Positions 1 through 11,930 of a stretch of 64,000 nucleotides of DNA are shown here, piece after piece. Position numbers and translations under genes: made by a program. Below the pieces are notes generated by a model. It did no database searches. It saw only the letters and a program-made list of their open reading frames with translations, and was not told where the DNA came from. The DNA is from Mobula hypostoma (taxonomy: Eukaryota). Position 1 is the stretch's first letter; each line of letters begins with the position of its first letter. Where the stretch lies: positions 26,600,001 to 26,664,000 of the forward strand of contig NC_086097.1 of assembly GCF_963921235.1 (NCBI RefSeq), read 5' to 3'.

Positions 1-360
1 CACCAGTGTCTTGTACAACTACAACATAGCATCCCAACATGAACAATAATGTCTCCCCATCACAGATGACTGAGCGTCACTGGGGCCTTAAAGGTGGGAA
101 TGTTGGCCTAGAAAGTACAGTGACATTTATTTACGTTTATCAATAGATCTGAAAGATTTCACAAAATAACATGGGTAGAGTCTCAACCCAAAACAACAAC
201 TCTTTATTACTCTCTATTCTGCTGCCTGACCTGCTAGTTCCTCCAGCAATTTGCTTGGATTTCGATTTTATGCATGTTTATGCGTGATGCTTTGAGCTGC
301 CTGCTGTGTGGATGTCTTGAGTCAGAAGTATAGAGGAGAGCAAAAATCACTGCTTCTGAT

Positions 361-2480
361 AGAAACATAGAAACATAGAAAATAGGTGCAGGAGTAGGTC
401 ATTCGGCCCTTCGAGCCTGCACCGCCATTTATTATGATCATGGCTGATCATCCAACTCAGAACCCCGCCCCAGCCTTCCCTCCATACCCCCTGACCCCCG
501 TAGCCACAAGGGCCATATCTAACTCCCTCTTAAACATAGCCAATGAACTGGCCTCAACAGTTTGCTGTGGCAGAGAATTCCACGGATTCACCACTCTCTG
601 TGTGAAGAAATTTTTCCTAATCTCGGTCCTAAAAGGCTTCCCCTCTATCCTCAAACTGTGACCCCTCGTTCTGGACTTTCCCAACATCGGGAACAATCTT
701 CCTGCATCTAGCCTGTCCAATCCCTTTAGGATCTTATACGTTTCAATCAGATCCCCCCTCAATCTTCTAAATTCCAACGAGTACAAGCCCAGTTCATCCA
801 GTCTTTCTTCATATGAAAGTCCTGCCATCCCAGGAATCAATCTGGTGAACCTTCTTTGTACTCCCTCTATGGCAAAGATGTCTTTCCTCAGATTAGGGGA
901 CCAAAACTGCACACAATACTCCAGGTGTGGTCTCACCAAGGCCTTGTACAACTGCAGTAGTACATCCCTGCTCCTGTACTCGAATCCTCTCGCTATAAAT
1001 GCCAGCATACCATTCGCCTTTTTCACCGCCTGCTGTACCTGCATGCCCACTTTCAATGACTGGTGTATAATGACACCCAGGTCTCGTTGCACCTCCCCTT
1101 TTCCTAATCGGCCACCATTCAGATAATAATCTGTTTTCCTATTTTTGCCACCAAAGTGGATAACTTCACATTTATCCACATTAAATTGCATCTGCCATGA
1201 GTTTGCCCACTCACCCAACCTATCCAAGTCACCCTGCATCCTCTTAGCATCCTCCTCACTGCTAACACTGCCACCCAGCTTCGTGTCATCCGCAAACTTG
1301 GAGATGCTGCATTTAATTCCCTCATCCAAGTCATTAATATATATTGTAAACAACTGGGGTCCCAGCACTGAGCCTTGCGGTACCCCACTAGTCACCGCCT
1401 GCCATTCTGAAAAGGTCCCGTTTATTCCCACTCTTTGCTTCTTGTCTGCTAACCGATTCTCCACCCACACCAATACCTTACCCCCAATACCGTGTGCTTT
1501 AAGTTTGCACACTAATCTCCTGTGTGGGACCTTGTCAAAAGCCTTTTGAAAATCCAAATATACCACATCCACTGGTTCTCCCCTATCCACTCTACTAGTT
1601 ACATCCTCAAAAAATTCTATGAGATTCGTCAGACATGATTTTCCTTTCACAAATCCATGCTGACTTTGTCCGATCATTTCACCGCTTTCCAAATGTGCTG
1701 TTATCACATCCTTGATAACTGACTCCAGCAGTTTCCCCATCACCGACGTTAGGCTAACCGGTCTATAATTCCCCGGTTTCTCTCTCCCTCCTTTTTTAAA
1801 AAGTGGGGTTACATTAGCCACCCTCCAATCCTCAGGAACCAGTCCAGAATCTAACGAGTTTTGAAAAATTATCACTAATGCATCCACTATTTCTTGGGCT
1901 ACTTCCTTAAGCACTCTAGGATGCAGACCATCTGGCCCTGGGGATTTATCTGCCTTCAATCCCTTCAATTTACCTAACACCATTTCCCTACTAACATGTA
2001 TTTCACTCAGTTCCTCCATCTCACTGGACCCTCTGTCCCTTACTATTTCTGGAAGATTATTTATGTCCTCCTTAGTGAAGACAGAACCAAAGTAATTATT
2101 CAATTGGTCTGCCATGTCCTTGCTCCCCATAATCAATTCACCTGTTTCTGTTTGCAGGGGACCTACATTTGTCTTTACCAGTCTTTTCCTTTTTACATAT
2201 CTATAAAAGCTTTTACAGTCCGTTTTTATGTTCTCTGCCAGTTTTCTCTCATAATCTTTTTTCCCCTTCCTAATTAAGCCCTTTGTCCTTCTCTGCTGAA
2301 CTCTGAATTTCTCCCAGTCCTCAGGTGAGCCACTTTCTCTGGCTAATTTGTATGCTACTTCTTTGGAATTGATACTATCCCTAATTTCTCTTGTCAGCCA
2401 CGGGTGCACTACCTTCCTTGATTTATTCTTTTGCCAAACTGAGATGAACAATTGTTGTAGTTCATCCATGCAACCTTTAA
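361..2480 (-). mobile_element. CR1-clade LINE, 5'-truncated, young copy
   Basis: Minus-strand 3' tail (TTTCTATG)n at 361-380 and CR1-type 3' UTR, followed by uninterrupted ORF2 sequence up to ~2480, where similarity stops abruptly. Confidence 0.95.
457..2469 (-). CDS. CR1 ORF2 reverse transcriptase portion (670 aa from in-frame ATG; no endonuclease domain)
   Basis: Motifs KSPGPDGLHP, NYRPVSLTS, YLDFQKAFDKV, GVPQGSVLGP, KFADDTKL, LVRPHLEYC. The first ~20 codons of the tracked ORF (2481-2541) are flanking DNA. Confidence 0.85.
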   Translation of the reverse strand: MDELQQLFISVWQKNKSRKVVHPWLTREIRDSINSKEVAYKLARESGSPEDWEKFRVQQRRTKGLIRKGKKDYERKLAENIKTDCKSFYRYVKRKRLVKTNVGPLQTETGELIMGSKDMADQLNNYFGSVFTKEDINNLPEIVRDRGSSEMEELSEIHVSREMVLGKLKGLKADKSPGPDGLHPRVLKEVAQEIVDALVIIFQNSLDSGLVPEDWRVANVTPLFKKGGREKPGNYRPVSLTSVMGKLLESVIKDVITAHLESGEMIGQSQHGFVKGKSCLTNLIEFFEDVTSRVDRGEPVDVVYLDFQKAFDKVPHRRLVCKLKAHGIGGKVLVWVENRLADKKQRVGINGTFSEWQAVTSGVPQGSVLGPQLFTIYINDLDEGIKCSISKFADDTKLGGSVSSEEDAKRMQGDLDRLGEWANSWQMQFNVDKCEVIHFGGKNRKTDYYLNGGRLGKGEVQRDLGVIIHQSLKVGMQVQQAVKKANGMLAFIARGFEYRSRDVLLQLYKALVRPHLEYCVQFWSPNLRKDIFAIEGVQRRFTRLIPGMAGLSYEERLDELGLYSLEFRRLRGDLIETYKILKGLDRLDAGRLFPMLGKSRTRGHSLRIEGKPFRTEIRKNFFTQRVVNPWNSLPQQTVEASSLAMFKRELDMALVATGVRGYGGKAGAGF

Positions 2481-2954
2481 TAGACCAAGAGCTTTGCACA
2501 AGGTTTGAAATCTTGACCTGTACCTTTCCTCTGGTAGTCAAAAGCTACACTGACAAACAGGAGGCAATAATAAATTCCATCATCCAATGCATCATCACCT
2601 TTCAATGAAAGATGACATTGTACTGATGACAAGTTGAGAAAATGTCCACAAACCAACTGGAGCAAACCGACTAACAGTACAAAACCTAAACATCCTCCCC
2701 ACCCCCAGTTTTGTAGTTAAGTTATTTAAATACTGCCTGTTTTGTTTGTTCATTGTGTAGGTATTGAAATAATGAGAAATATAATAGGGATAGGGACCTT
2801 TCTATCTCACATGAAGGAGAACGAACATTATATTTTTGAGATTGTTATCTGAAGATGTGAGAAAGCAAATCCAAAATCAAAACAGGCTAAATAACAGTAC
2901 AATTATTCTAATCTACTTCAGTTGGGTCTAAAGACTCAGGCCCAAGAAACTGAT

Positions 2955-3705
2955 TTACCTATTTATCTGCTTAGTGATACAGCACGACAAGCCTAATGGC
3001 TGATTTATACTTCTGTGTCAACTCGACACCGTAACCTACGCGTGACCTATGCACGTAGTGAGCATTTATACTTGTGCGTTGGTGTGTCTGCGTCACTCTG
3101 CAATTCCGGCACACCGCACATGCGCACACATCTGCCCCTGCAAGGCTTCATGATCATGGTAGTCTTTCTCAGGGTAAACAAGTTTAAAACGAGCGTCTTT
3201 TTTCGTAAAAGCAGAATGTGTCCTCCATAATTTCGGAGGTCTGTAAAGCTTTATGGAAAGCATTGCAGCCAGACTTCCTTCCCTGCCCTTCAGTTGCCCA
3301 ATGGGAAGCTATCGCAGCGTAGGAGGAAATGCGATGCTACCAAGCGGACCAATCACAGCTGTTGTGGTCTGCGCTGCCGTGACGCGTAATTACATTTTGG
3401 GAGAGGTGCGCGTCAGGCTACGGCGTAGGGATCTGCGTAGGGTTCGGGGCTACGCCGTACCTACGGTGTTGAGTTGATGCAGAAGTATAAATCAGCCTCA
3501 ACTTCCAGCCCAATGAGCCACACCGTCCAGCAACCCAACTACTTAGACCTAGCTTACTCACAGGACAACTTTGAATGACATATAACCTACTAACCAGTAC
3601 GTCTTTGGACTATGGAAGGAAACCTGAGCCGCGGGGGAAACCCACACATTCCTTAGGGAGAGCGTACAAACTCCTTACAGAGGTGCCGGAATGGAACTCC
3701 AAATT
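2955..3705 (-). mobile_element. tRNA-derived V-domain SINE, split by a MITE
   Basis: V-domain (gtctttggac...ggaaacccac...tacaaactccttaca) at 3600-3680; 3' tail at 2955-2993 continuing at 3502. Confidence 0.75.
2997..3498. mobile_element. PIF/Harbinger-type MITE
   Basis: 36-bp TIRs ggctgatttatacttctg(tg/ca)tcaactc(g/a)acaccgta at 2998-3033 and 3462-3497 with 3 mismatches; 3-bp flanks taa/caa (TWA-like TSD); no transposase ORF; CpG-rich interior. Confidence 0.85.
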
Positions 3706-5559
3706 AGAACTTCATATGAAGAAATACAGTATCTAAGGTATCCTTTTCAACAAACAATTCCTCCACTGAGCTAAACTCAAAACCTGAAATAATTTGAAAT
3801 GCTGGAAGTATGCCATTCTGGCAGCATCTTTGAAAACTAGTAATTATGTTAAATCAATTACTTACCTTCTGATGAGAGGGTCTGATGCAAGAAATACTAG
3901 ATGAAAACTTACTTCTTGCATGACATTTACTTTTTAATATATATGTATATATTTCTTATTGTGATTTATAACATTTCATGTATTCCACTCTACCTTTACT
4001 GCAAAATAACTAATTTTACAACATACGTCAGATACATTAAACCCGATTCTGAGAGTTATAGACCTAAAATGTTACCCTCTCTACACAGAGGCTGCCTGAC
4101 CTGATGAACATTTCCTATTTTCTTTCTCTACCCCTACAACGTTTGGAATGAAGAATTTAATTTATAGGCAAAAAGAGACTGATGTGAGTTACTAGCATCA
4201 TTTCAAATTTAATCTACACTGCATATTTGTCTGACAGGTCTGCCAAGGAAAATGAAAAGACTAGACAGGTAATGTCAGGATTTGATGTGCCACCTTGGGA
4301 AAGGTGCTGAAAGAACTAACATACATCAAAAGAAATGTAAGAAAGAACATGGGAATTACTGTAAAGTTACATCCCAAACCAATAGGGAATACACATTTAA
4401 ATGAAATAGATTAACAACAAAATTATCAAAGAATCATTCCCACAGTAAAATGCAACTTGAATTCTCCAGGACTGGCAGTACCTAACATGACCTTTTCTTC
4501 TCTCTCTCTACTGATCTAAGAACACAAGAAACTGGAGAAGCAAAAGTAGGATATTTGAAAATTATCATATTGCCATTTCCTGCTATATATTTCTATACCC
4601 ACTGATTCTATTGTCATCTAGAAATCTACAGATCTCATTTTTGAATGTAGTCAACAACTAAATATTGAGTCATTCAAGGCAGAAAATGTCAAAGTTTTAC
4701 TACCCTTTAAGTAAATAGATCTCTCATTTTTATCATAAATAGTCTACTGATAATTCTAAATTCTTCACAACTCTATTTTCAAGTTCTGAAGGACTATACT
4801 TATCTCATTGACCTCTTGTTCTTCTAAGCTATAAATAAAGACCTACTCAAACTCTTCTCAAATAATAGATACAACATTCTGGAGTCAGTTTGCAAATCTT
4901 TGCAGTACCTCATCTATGGCAAGTATATTCATTTTAAGGAAACCAAAACTGTCCACATTACTTCAGATGTGGTCTAAACAAGGCCTACAAGATTGATTCA
5001 AGATACCTTCACTTTTGTACTCAAATCCTCTAGCAATTAGGATAAACAAGACTGTTTGCCTTCTTAATTGTCTGCACATTGTTTTTTTTAGTAACTTTGC
5101 TACAAGGACGCCCAGGTCTCTTAGAACATCAGTATTTCCCAATCTCTGACCAATTTAAAAATACTTTGTTTTCTGTTTCTTTTTCTATCAAAATCAGTAA
5201 GTTATTAGGAAGGCAAGTAGTATGTTAGCTTTTATAAGAATATTTTAGCACATAAGCAAAGAGATCTTACTGCAGTTGCAGGGTCGTGGTGAGGCCATAC
5301 CTTAAACAGTGATTTTTGTTTCTCAGTTTAAAAAAAGCACCTGCTTGCGTACAAGAGCATCAACATTACTCAATCTCAACATTTAAAAAACTCTCCCCTC
5401 CTACTCCTCTTTTTTTTAAATTCCCATTCTGGTTCCCTTCTCACCTTTTCTACTCTCCTTACCTATCCATCACCTCTCTCTGGAACCCTTCCTCCTTCCC
5501 TTTCTCCCATAGTCCACTCTCATCTCCTATCCAATTCCATACTGAATTATTAATCTGCT

Positions 5560-6258
5560 AGTCTCATCAATGCACATCTAGACCATGGCGCTCCATACCT
5601 TTCCCATCCAAACTTCACTAAAATGTAAACATTGACCAGCTTGTTCCACACTCTCACCACCCTCTGAGTGAAGTTCTCCTTCACATTCTCATTAAATATT
5701 TCACCTTTCCCCCTTAACCCATAACTTCTATATCTAGTCTCACCCAAGTAAATAAAGGCATCCATTAGTCTTGCGAGACCATGGATCTGCACCTGGAAAG
5801 TCTTCACTCTGTCTCTCCTGGGCAAGGTTGTATGGAAGACTGGCAGTTGCCCATGCTGCAAGTCTCCCCTCTCCATGAAACCGATGTTGTCCAAGGGAAG
5901 GGCAAGGGCCAATACAGCTTGGCACCAGTGTCATCGCAGAGCACTGTGAGGTTAAGTGCCTTGCTCAAGGACACAACACGCTGCCTTGGCAGGGGCTCAA
6001 ACTCACGACCTTCAGGTCGCTAGTCAGGTGCCTTAACCACTTGGCCACGTGCCCAACCTCTAGTCTCACCCAACCTCAGTGGAAAAAGACTGCTTGCATT
6101 TACCCTATCTGTACCTGTCGTAATTTTGTATACCTCTGTCAAATCTCCCCTCATTCTCCTACACTTCAGGGAATAAAAGTCCTAACTGATTCAAAATTTC
6201 CCTATAATTCAGATCCTCAAAATTCAGCACCATCCTTGTAAATTTCTTCTATACTCTC
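5560..6258 (-). mobile_element. CR1 LINE 3' fragment, interrupted by a SINE
   Basis: ENFTQRVVRVWNKL-type coding remnant on both sides of the 5748-6058 insertion. Confidence 0.8.
5748..6058 (-). mobile_element. tRNA-head CORE-SINE, tail type A
   Basis: Perfect 15-bp TSD tctagtctcacccaa (5733-5747, 6059-6073); A-box tggccaagtggtta; degenerate B-box; CORE-like tgtgtccttgagcaaggcacttaacctc; tail ccatggtctcgcaagactaatggatgcc. Confidence 0.85.
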
Positions 6259-8238
6259 CTGTTGGAGAAGGATAACTTTTCCTGCTGGGCTTATGTCTTA
6301 AGAGTTCAAATTTGTTTAATTTGTTTGTTCAAATGTTGTATTACTTCTTTAAATACTGTCCATTATTAAGGACCCTCACCACGGGGGACAAGTCCTTTTC
6401 TCATTACTACCATCGGGTAGGAGGTACAGGAACCTGAAGACACACACTCAACATTTTAGGAACAGCTTCTTCCCTTCTGCCATCAGAAACCTGAATGGTT
6501 CATGAACACTATCTCACTATTCCTCCTTGCATTATTTATTCTATAGTTTATAGATTTTATTGCAATACTGTACTCCTGCCACAAAACAACAAACTTCACA
6601 ACATGTCAGTGATAATAAAACCTGATTTTGATTCTGCATTATCTCAACTACTGCCAAATGCCCTCTCATATGTTCATGGTTTTCTTTGCTTAGCTTTAAG
6701 ACCTTAGCTTTGGATTAACTACAGCATTTTCAAACACGATGTAAAATTTCATTATGCTATTGTCAGTCATCCCTAAAGGACCCTTTACAAGAAGTCTAAA
6801 AGCTTTGGGTGCTTTAAGATAGATCAAACATCACATTTTAAAAAGTCCTAGACATGCACTTCCCTTCAAAGGAAAAGAAAATCAATGATGTTCCCATGCT
6901 GTAGAAAATCTTTATGATCTAACAAGATTCAAAGACTGGGAGAAAGCTGGCTGTATCCAAGGGATATTCCTTATGAAGCATTATGTAACTAAAAAGTTGC
7001 TTTCATGAGTTCCAAATGCATTTCATCTGCACAGCTTAAATCATGTCATCAATCCCAACATGCAAAACAATATGCAGATTTTCAGAATACCTGAAATATC
7101 TTGGCAAGTAACACCTTAGATTTTCTGTGTAAAAGAAAAATAACCATTAGGTGATTTTTATCTTTCTATATCTTGCAAAAAAATCAGAAAATTACTTCAT
7201 ATTTTACAGCATTTTACACCAATTGGCATTCACTGAAATTCTGGAGATGGATTATAAAAGCTTCTTGGATATGGAGTATTAGAAAAATCACCTTTATATC
7301 ATAAAAACAAACATTTTATACTTTGAAAAGAAATTCATTGTATGGATGACTATCAGCAAAACACAAAACTTTGCCTCTCAAAATCCAACCCTATGTCCGC
7401 ACCGTTAAGAGGTGGAGATGGGTAAGGCCGGCCAACAGGGCTCTGGTGAAGCTGTATAGGCCAATCGCCTGTACAGTGGATGCAATGGATTGCAGAAGCG
7501 TTGATGAACTCCAACCACACCATCGACTTCAGAGGACAGTGGAGACAGGTCATCGATGGCCTATGCTCCACACAGGTGCTAAGGGCCCAAGTAAGTAAGT
7601 ACATAAGGTTCTGGGATTCATAGACAAAGGCAAGAGTTCAAAATCAGAGTTCAGCTGAACCTATGTAAAACACTGCTTGGCCACAGCATGCAATTTCAGC
7701 CTTTGAGCCTTACAAACGATGGTGAAAATCTCACAGAAAAGATACTGTACATTGCAAAGGTTCCAGGGATGAGGAGTTTCAGATACTAAAAAGAAACAAT
7801 CACGAAGATCTAACTAGTTTCTGTCACTGGCCCAACATTTTTCACATTCTTTATTGACGTAATGTTGTATCTCACTTGTTGATCATGTGGGATTGTCTAA
7901 AGATAAATCTAATAAATCTAAATATAAATGTAAAGATTTATCCCAATCCTTTTTCCTTCACATAGGATAAGGATAAATCTTTAGAATGAATTGGTCTGAA
8001 TTAATAGCTACACATCAAAACTAAAGTCACCCAAAGCTCATTAGTAGAGCTGCAACATAAAACAATGCTTGTGTATGCATGCATTATGAGCCCTAGCTCT
8101 GAGACATCACGGTCCCATTCACTGAAACCTGATTTGGTCCCGTGAGTTTTGCCTTTCACTCAACACCTAGAAGACCAAGGGTTCTCTACCAACCTGTCTC
8201 CAGCATACTCTGTTATTGTAATAAAAGTTCACTTTGGA

Positions 8239-8540
8239 AAAGATTAGATTGGCTTTATTTGTCACACGTACACTGAAGCATCAAAACATCAATACATTAC
8301 AGTGAAATGCATCGATGTGTCAATGAACAACATAGTTCAAGGATGTGGAGGGGCAGCTCGCCAGTGTCACCGTGTTTCCCCCACAGCTTACTAACCCAAT
8401 GCATATGACTTTGGAATGTGGAAGGAAACCCACTTGGTCATGGGGGGAATGTACAAACTCCTTGCAGATAGCAGCGTGAATTTGAACTCTGATCACTGGC
8501 ACTGTAAAGCATTGTGTTCACTGTTTTGCTACCATGCCAC
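8239..8540 (-). mobile_element. V-domain tRNA-SINE
   Basis: Minus-strand tail gtgacaaataaagccaatct; V-domain at 8410-8465. Confidence 0.75.
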
Positions 8541-8584
8541 TCTTTATGACTTCATTCCAGATTTCAGGATTCACGTCTCTGGGA

Positions 8585-8980
8585 TGATGAATGATCAAAT
8601 TCATCCCTGTCTTCCGAGCACCAACTCGGCCTTTGGTCAACTGAGAAATAAAAATACTTTGAAGATTAGGGACTTAGACCTGACACAAAACTCAGAGTTT
8701 ACTCGGCAGCTCTGATCCCTGCTCTCCTATATATACTTCTACAACTTTGACCACCTACCTGGATAAATACCACCAACACTGTCTCTGCAAAATTCTCCAA
8801 GCTTAATGGAAGATAAAGTGGGCCAACTTGGATGGCTGTTTCTAGACTAGCTTTGAGTCCTCATTTGCCCCCAGTCACCTACAATGGTTAGGTCATGTCC
8901 CTCACCTGCTTGATACAAGATTCTATTCTGAGCAGTGTTATGAGAAGAGATTACCAGATGAAAGCAATTCAATGATCATT
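8585..8980 (+). mobile_element. Ancient RTE-clade LINE remnant
   Basis: Degenerate DQIH..NSAFGQLR..DLRPDTKLRVYSAALIPALLY-like coding remnant; similar remnants at ~51540-52160 and ~58560-58840. Confidence 0.6.
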
Positions 8981-9035
8981 AAGATCATTATTAAAATTAG
9001 TCAGCTTCATCTGCGTACTAGAATCCGTAGTACCC

Positions 9036-9885
9036 AAGACATCTTTAAGAAGCAGTGCCTCAGAAAGGCGGTGTCCATTATTAAGGACCCCACCACCCAG
9101 AGCATGCCCTCTTCTCATTGTTACCATCAGGAAGGAGATTCAAAAGCCTGAAGGCACACACTTTGCAATTCAGGAACAGCTTCTTCCCCTCTGCCATTCA
9201 ATTCCTAAATGGACATTGAACCCACGAACACGACCTCACTTTTTTAAAAATATATATTATTTCTGTTTTTGCACTATTTTATATCCATTCAATATACATA
9301 TATATATAGTTACTGTAATAGATTTACTTATTATTTTTCTTTCTATATTATCATGTATTGCATTTACTAAAATGTTGCCTGGGTTTCATCTCCTAAGTTA
9401 CAAGGTAAGGTTGAACAAGTTAGGTCTTTATTCTTTGGAGCATAGAAGGTTGGGAGGGGACTTGATAGGGGTGTTTAAAATTATGAGGAGGATTGATAGA
9501 GTTGACGTCGATAGAGTGGGGGAGATTCAAACAAGAGGACATGAGTTGAGAGTTAAAAGGCAAAAGTTTAGGGGTAACATGAGGGGGAGCTTCTTTACTC
9601 AGAGAGTGGTGGCTGTGTGGAACAAGCTTCCAGCAGAAGTGGTTGAGGCAAGTTCGATGTTGTCGTTTAAAGTTAAATTGGATAGATATATGGACAGGAA
9701 AGGAATGGAGGGTTATGGGCTGAGTGCAGGTTGGTGGGACTAGGTGAGAGGAAGAGTTCAGCACGGAATAGAAGAGCCAAGATGGCCTGTTTCCGTGCTG
9801 CAATTGTTATATGGTTATATGAATTGCTGCTGCTAAGTTAACAAATTTCACGACACAAGCTGGTGATAATAAACCTGATTTTGAT
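9036..9885 (+). mobile_element. Rex1/Babar LINE 3' fragment with a nested CR1 fragment (~9364-9820)
   Basis: IIKDP-HP-HALFSLLPSGRRFKSLKAHTLQFRNSFFPSAI remnant; the tail gataataaacctgattttga resumes after the CR1 piece (LYSLEHRRLGGDLI...FFTQRVV). Confidence 0.85.
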
Positions 9886-10194
9886 ATGGTAATTTACTTA
9901 GAGTTACAGCACAGTAACAGGCTCGTCCAACCCAACAAACCCACACCACCCAATTATACCCATGGCAAGTATTGACCTATTGATCATTATGTCTTTGGAA
10001 TGTCGGAGGAAACTGGAACACCCAGAGGAGATCCACATGTTCACAGGGAGTACCTTACAGGCAGCAGCAGGGATTGAACGTGGATTGCTGGTGCTGTAAT
10101 AGCATTACGCTAACCACTACGCTATGTGTTCAAAGTTTCCCTGAAGAACTGCAACAACCTTACTGATTCCTGGAGACCTCTGACCCACAGGGTA

Positions 10195-11930
10195 CAAGGA
10201 GATGGCAGATGAATGAAATGAGTACTTTGCATCACTCTTCAATGTGGAAGACACTAGCAGTGTGTCAAATGTTGAAGGATAGAGGGAAGAGAAGTTAGTG
10301 CAGTTACGATTACAAGGGTGAGGCTGCTCAAAAAGCTGAAAGACCCAAGGTACACATCACCTGAACCAGATGAACTGCATCCTAGGATTCTGAAAGAGGT
10401 AGCCCTAGAGATTGTGGAGGCATTAGTAATGATCTTTCAAAAATCACTGGACGCTAGCATGGTGCCAGAAGACTGGAAGATTACAAATGTTAATCCACTC
10501 TTTAAGAAAGGAGGAAGGCAACAGAGAGGAAATTACAGGCCAGTTAGCCTGACCTCAGTGGTTGGGAAGATGTTAAGAGTCAATTGTTAAGGAAGAGATT
10601 ATGGGGTACTTGATGATACAGAACAAGCTAGGACAAAGTCAGTATGGTTTTTTAAGGGATAATCTTGCCTGACAAATTTGCTGGAATTCTTTAACGAGAA
10701 TACATGTAGGATAGATAAAGGGGATGCAGTGGATGTGGTATATTTGGATTTTCAGAAGTTCTTTGACAAGGTACCACACGTGAGGCTGCTTACCAAGTTA
10801 AGAGCCCATGGTATTACAGGAAAGTTACTGACATGGTTAGAGCATTGGCTGATTGGTAGGAGGCAACAAGTGGGAATAAAAGGATCCTTTTCTAGTTGGT
10901 TGCCAGTGACTAGTGGTGTTCCACAGGGGTCGGTGTTGGGACCACTTCTTTTTATGCTGTAAATAAATGATTTAGATGTTGCAGTAGATGGCTTTGTTGC
11001 CAAGTTTGTAGACTGTACGAAGACTGGTGGACGGGCAGGTAGTGCTGAGGAAACAGATAGGATGCAGAAGGACTTGGACAGATTGGGAGAATAAGCAAGA
11101 AAATGGCAAATTAAATCCAATGTTGGAAAATGCATGGTCATGCGCTTTGGTAGTAGAAATAAATGTGCGGACTATTTTCAATACAGGGAGAAAATCCAAA
11201 AATCTGAGATGCAAAGGGACTTGGGAGTCCTTGTGCAGAATACCCTAAAGAATAACTTGCAGGTTGAGTCAGTGGTAAGGAAGGCAAAAGCAATGTTAGC
11301 ATTCATTTTAAGAGTGTAGAATACAAGAGCAGGTATGTGATACTGAGGCTTTATAAGGCACTGGTGAGGCCTCACCTTAAGTATTGTGAACAGTTTTGGG
11401 CCCCTCATCGAAGAAAAGACATGCTGGCACTGGAGAAGGTCCAGAGGAGGTTCCCAAGAGGAATGAAAGGGTTATCATATGAGGAACTTTTGATGGCTCT
11501 GACTCTGTACTCACTGGAATTCAGATGGATTCGGGGGGTGGGGGGGGGAATCTCATTGAAACCTTTCAAATGTTGAAATGCCAAGACAGAGCAGATGTGG
11601 AAAGGATGTTTCCCATGGTGGAGGAGTCTTGGACAAGAGAGCACAGCCTCAGGATGGAGGGACGTCCATTTAAAACAGAAATGCGAAGAAATTTCTTTAG
11701 CCAGAGGGTGGTGAATTTGTGGAATTTGTTATCACAGGTACCAGGTCATTGGGCATATTTAAGGCAGAGACTGAAAGGTTCTTGACTGGACATGGCATCA
11801 AAGGTTACTGGGAGAAGGCCAGAGAGTGGGGCTGTGGAGGGGAAAAAAGGATCAGCCATGATCGAATGGTGGAGCAATGTCAATTGGCCAAATGGCCTAA
11901 TTCTGCTCCTATATCTTATGGTCTTATTGT
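10195..11930 (+). pseudogene. Degraded CR1 ORF2 (RT) with frameshifts and stops
   Basis: Successive ORFs NYRPVSLTS, YLDFQKFFDKV, GVPQGSVLGP, LVRPHLKYC and FFSQRVVNLW lie in different frames; CR1 3' UTR at 11830-11930. Confidence 0.92.

Noticed and set aside
434..2608. Plus-strand ORFs overlapping the CR1
   Set aside because: Antisense shadows of the RT reading frame.
3866..3896. Minus-strand exon-like unit with aag|gtaagta donor
   Set aside because: It lies in a decayed Penelope-type ctgatga..gggtct remnant and has no supporting frame.
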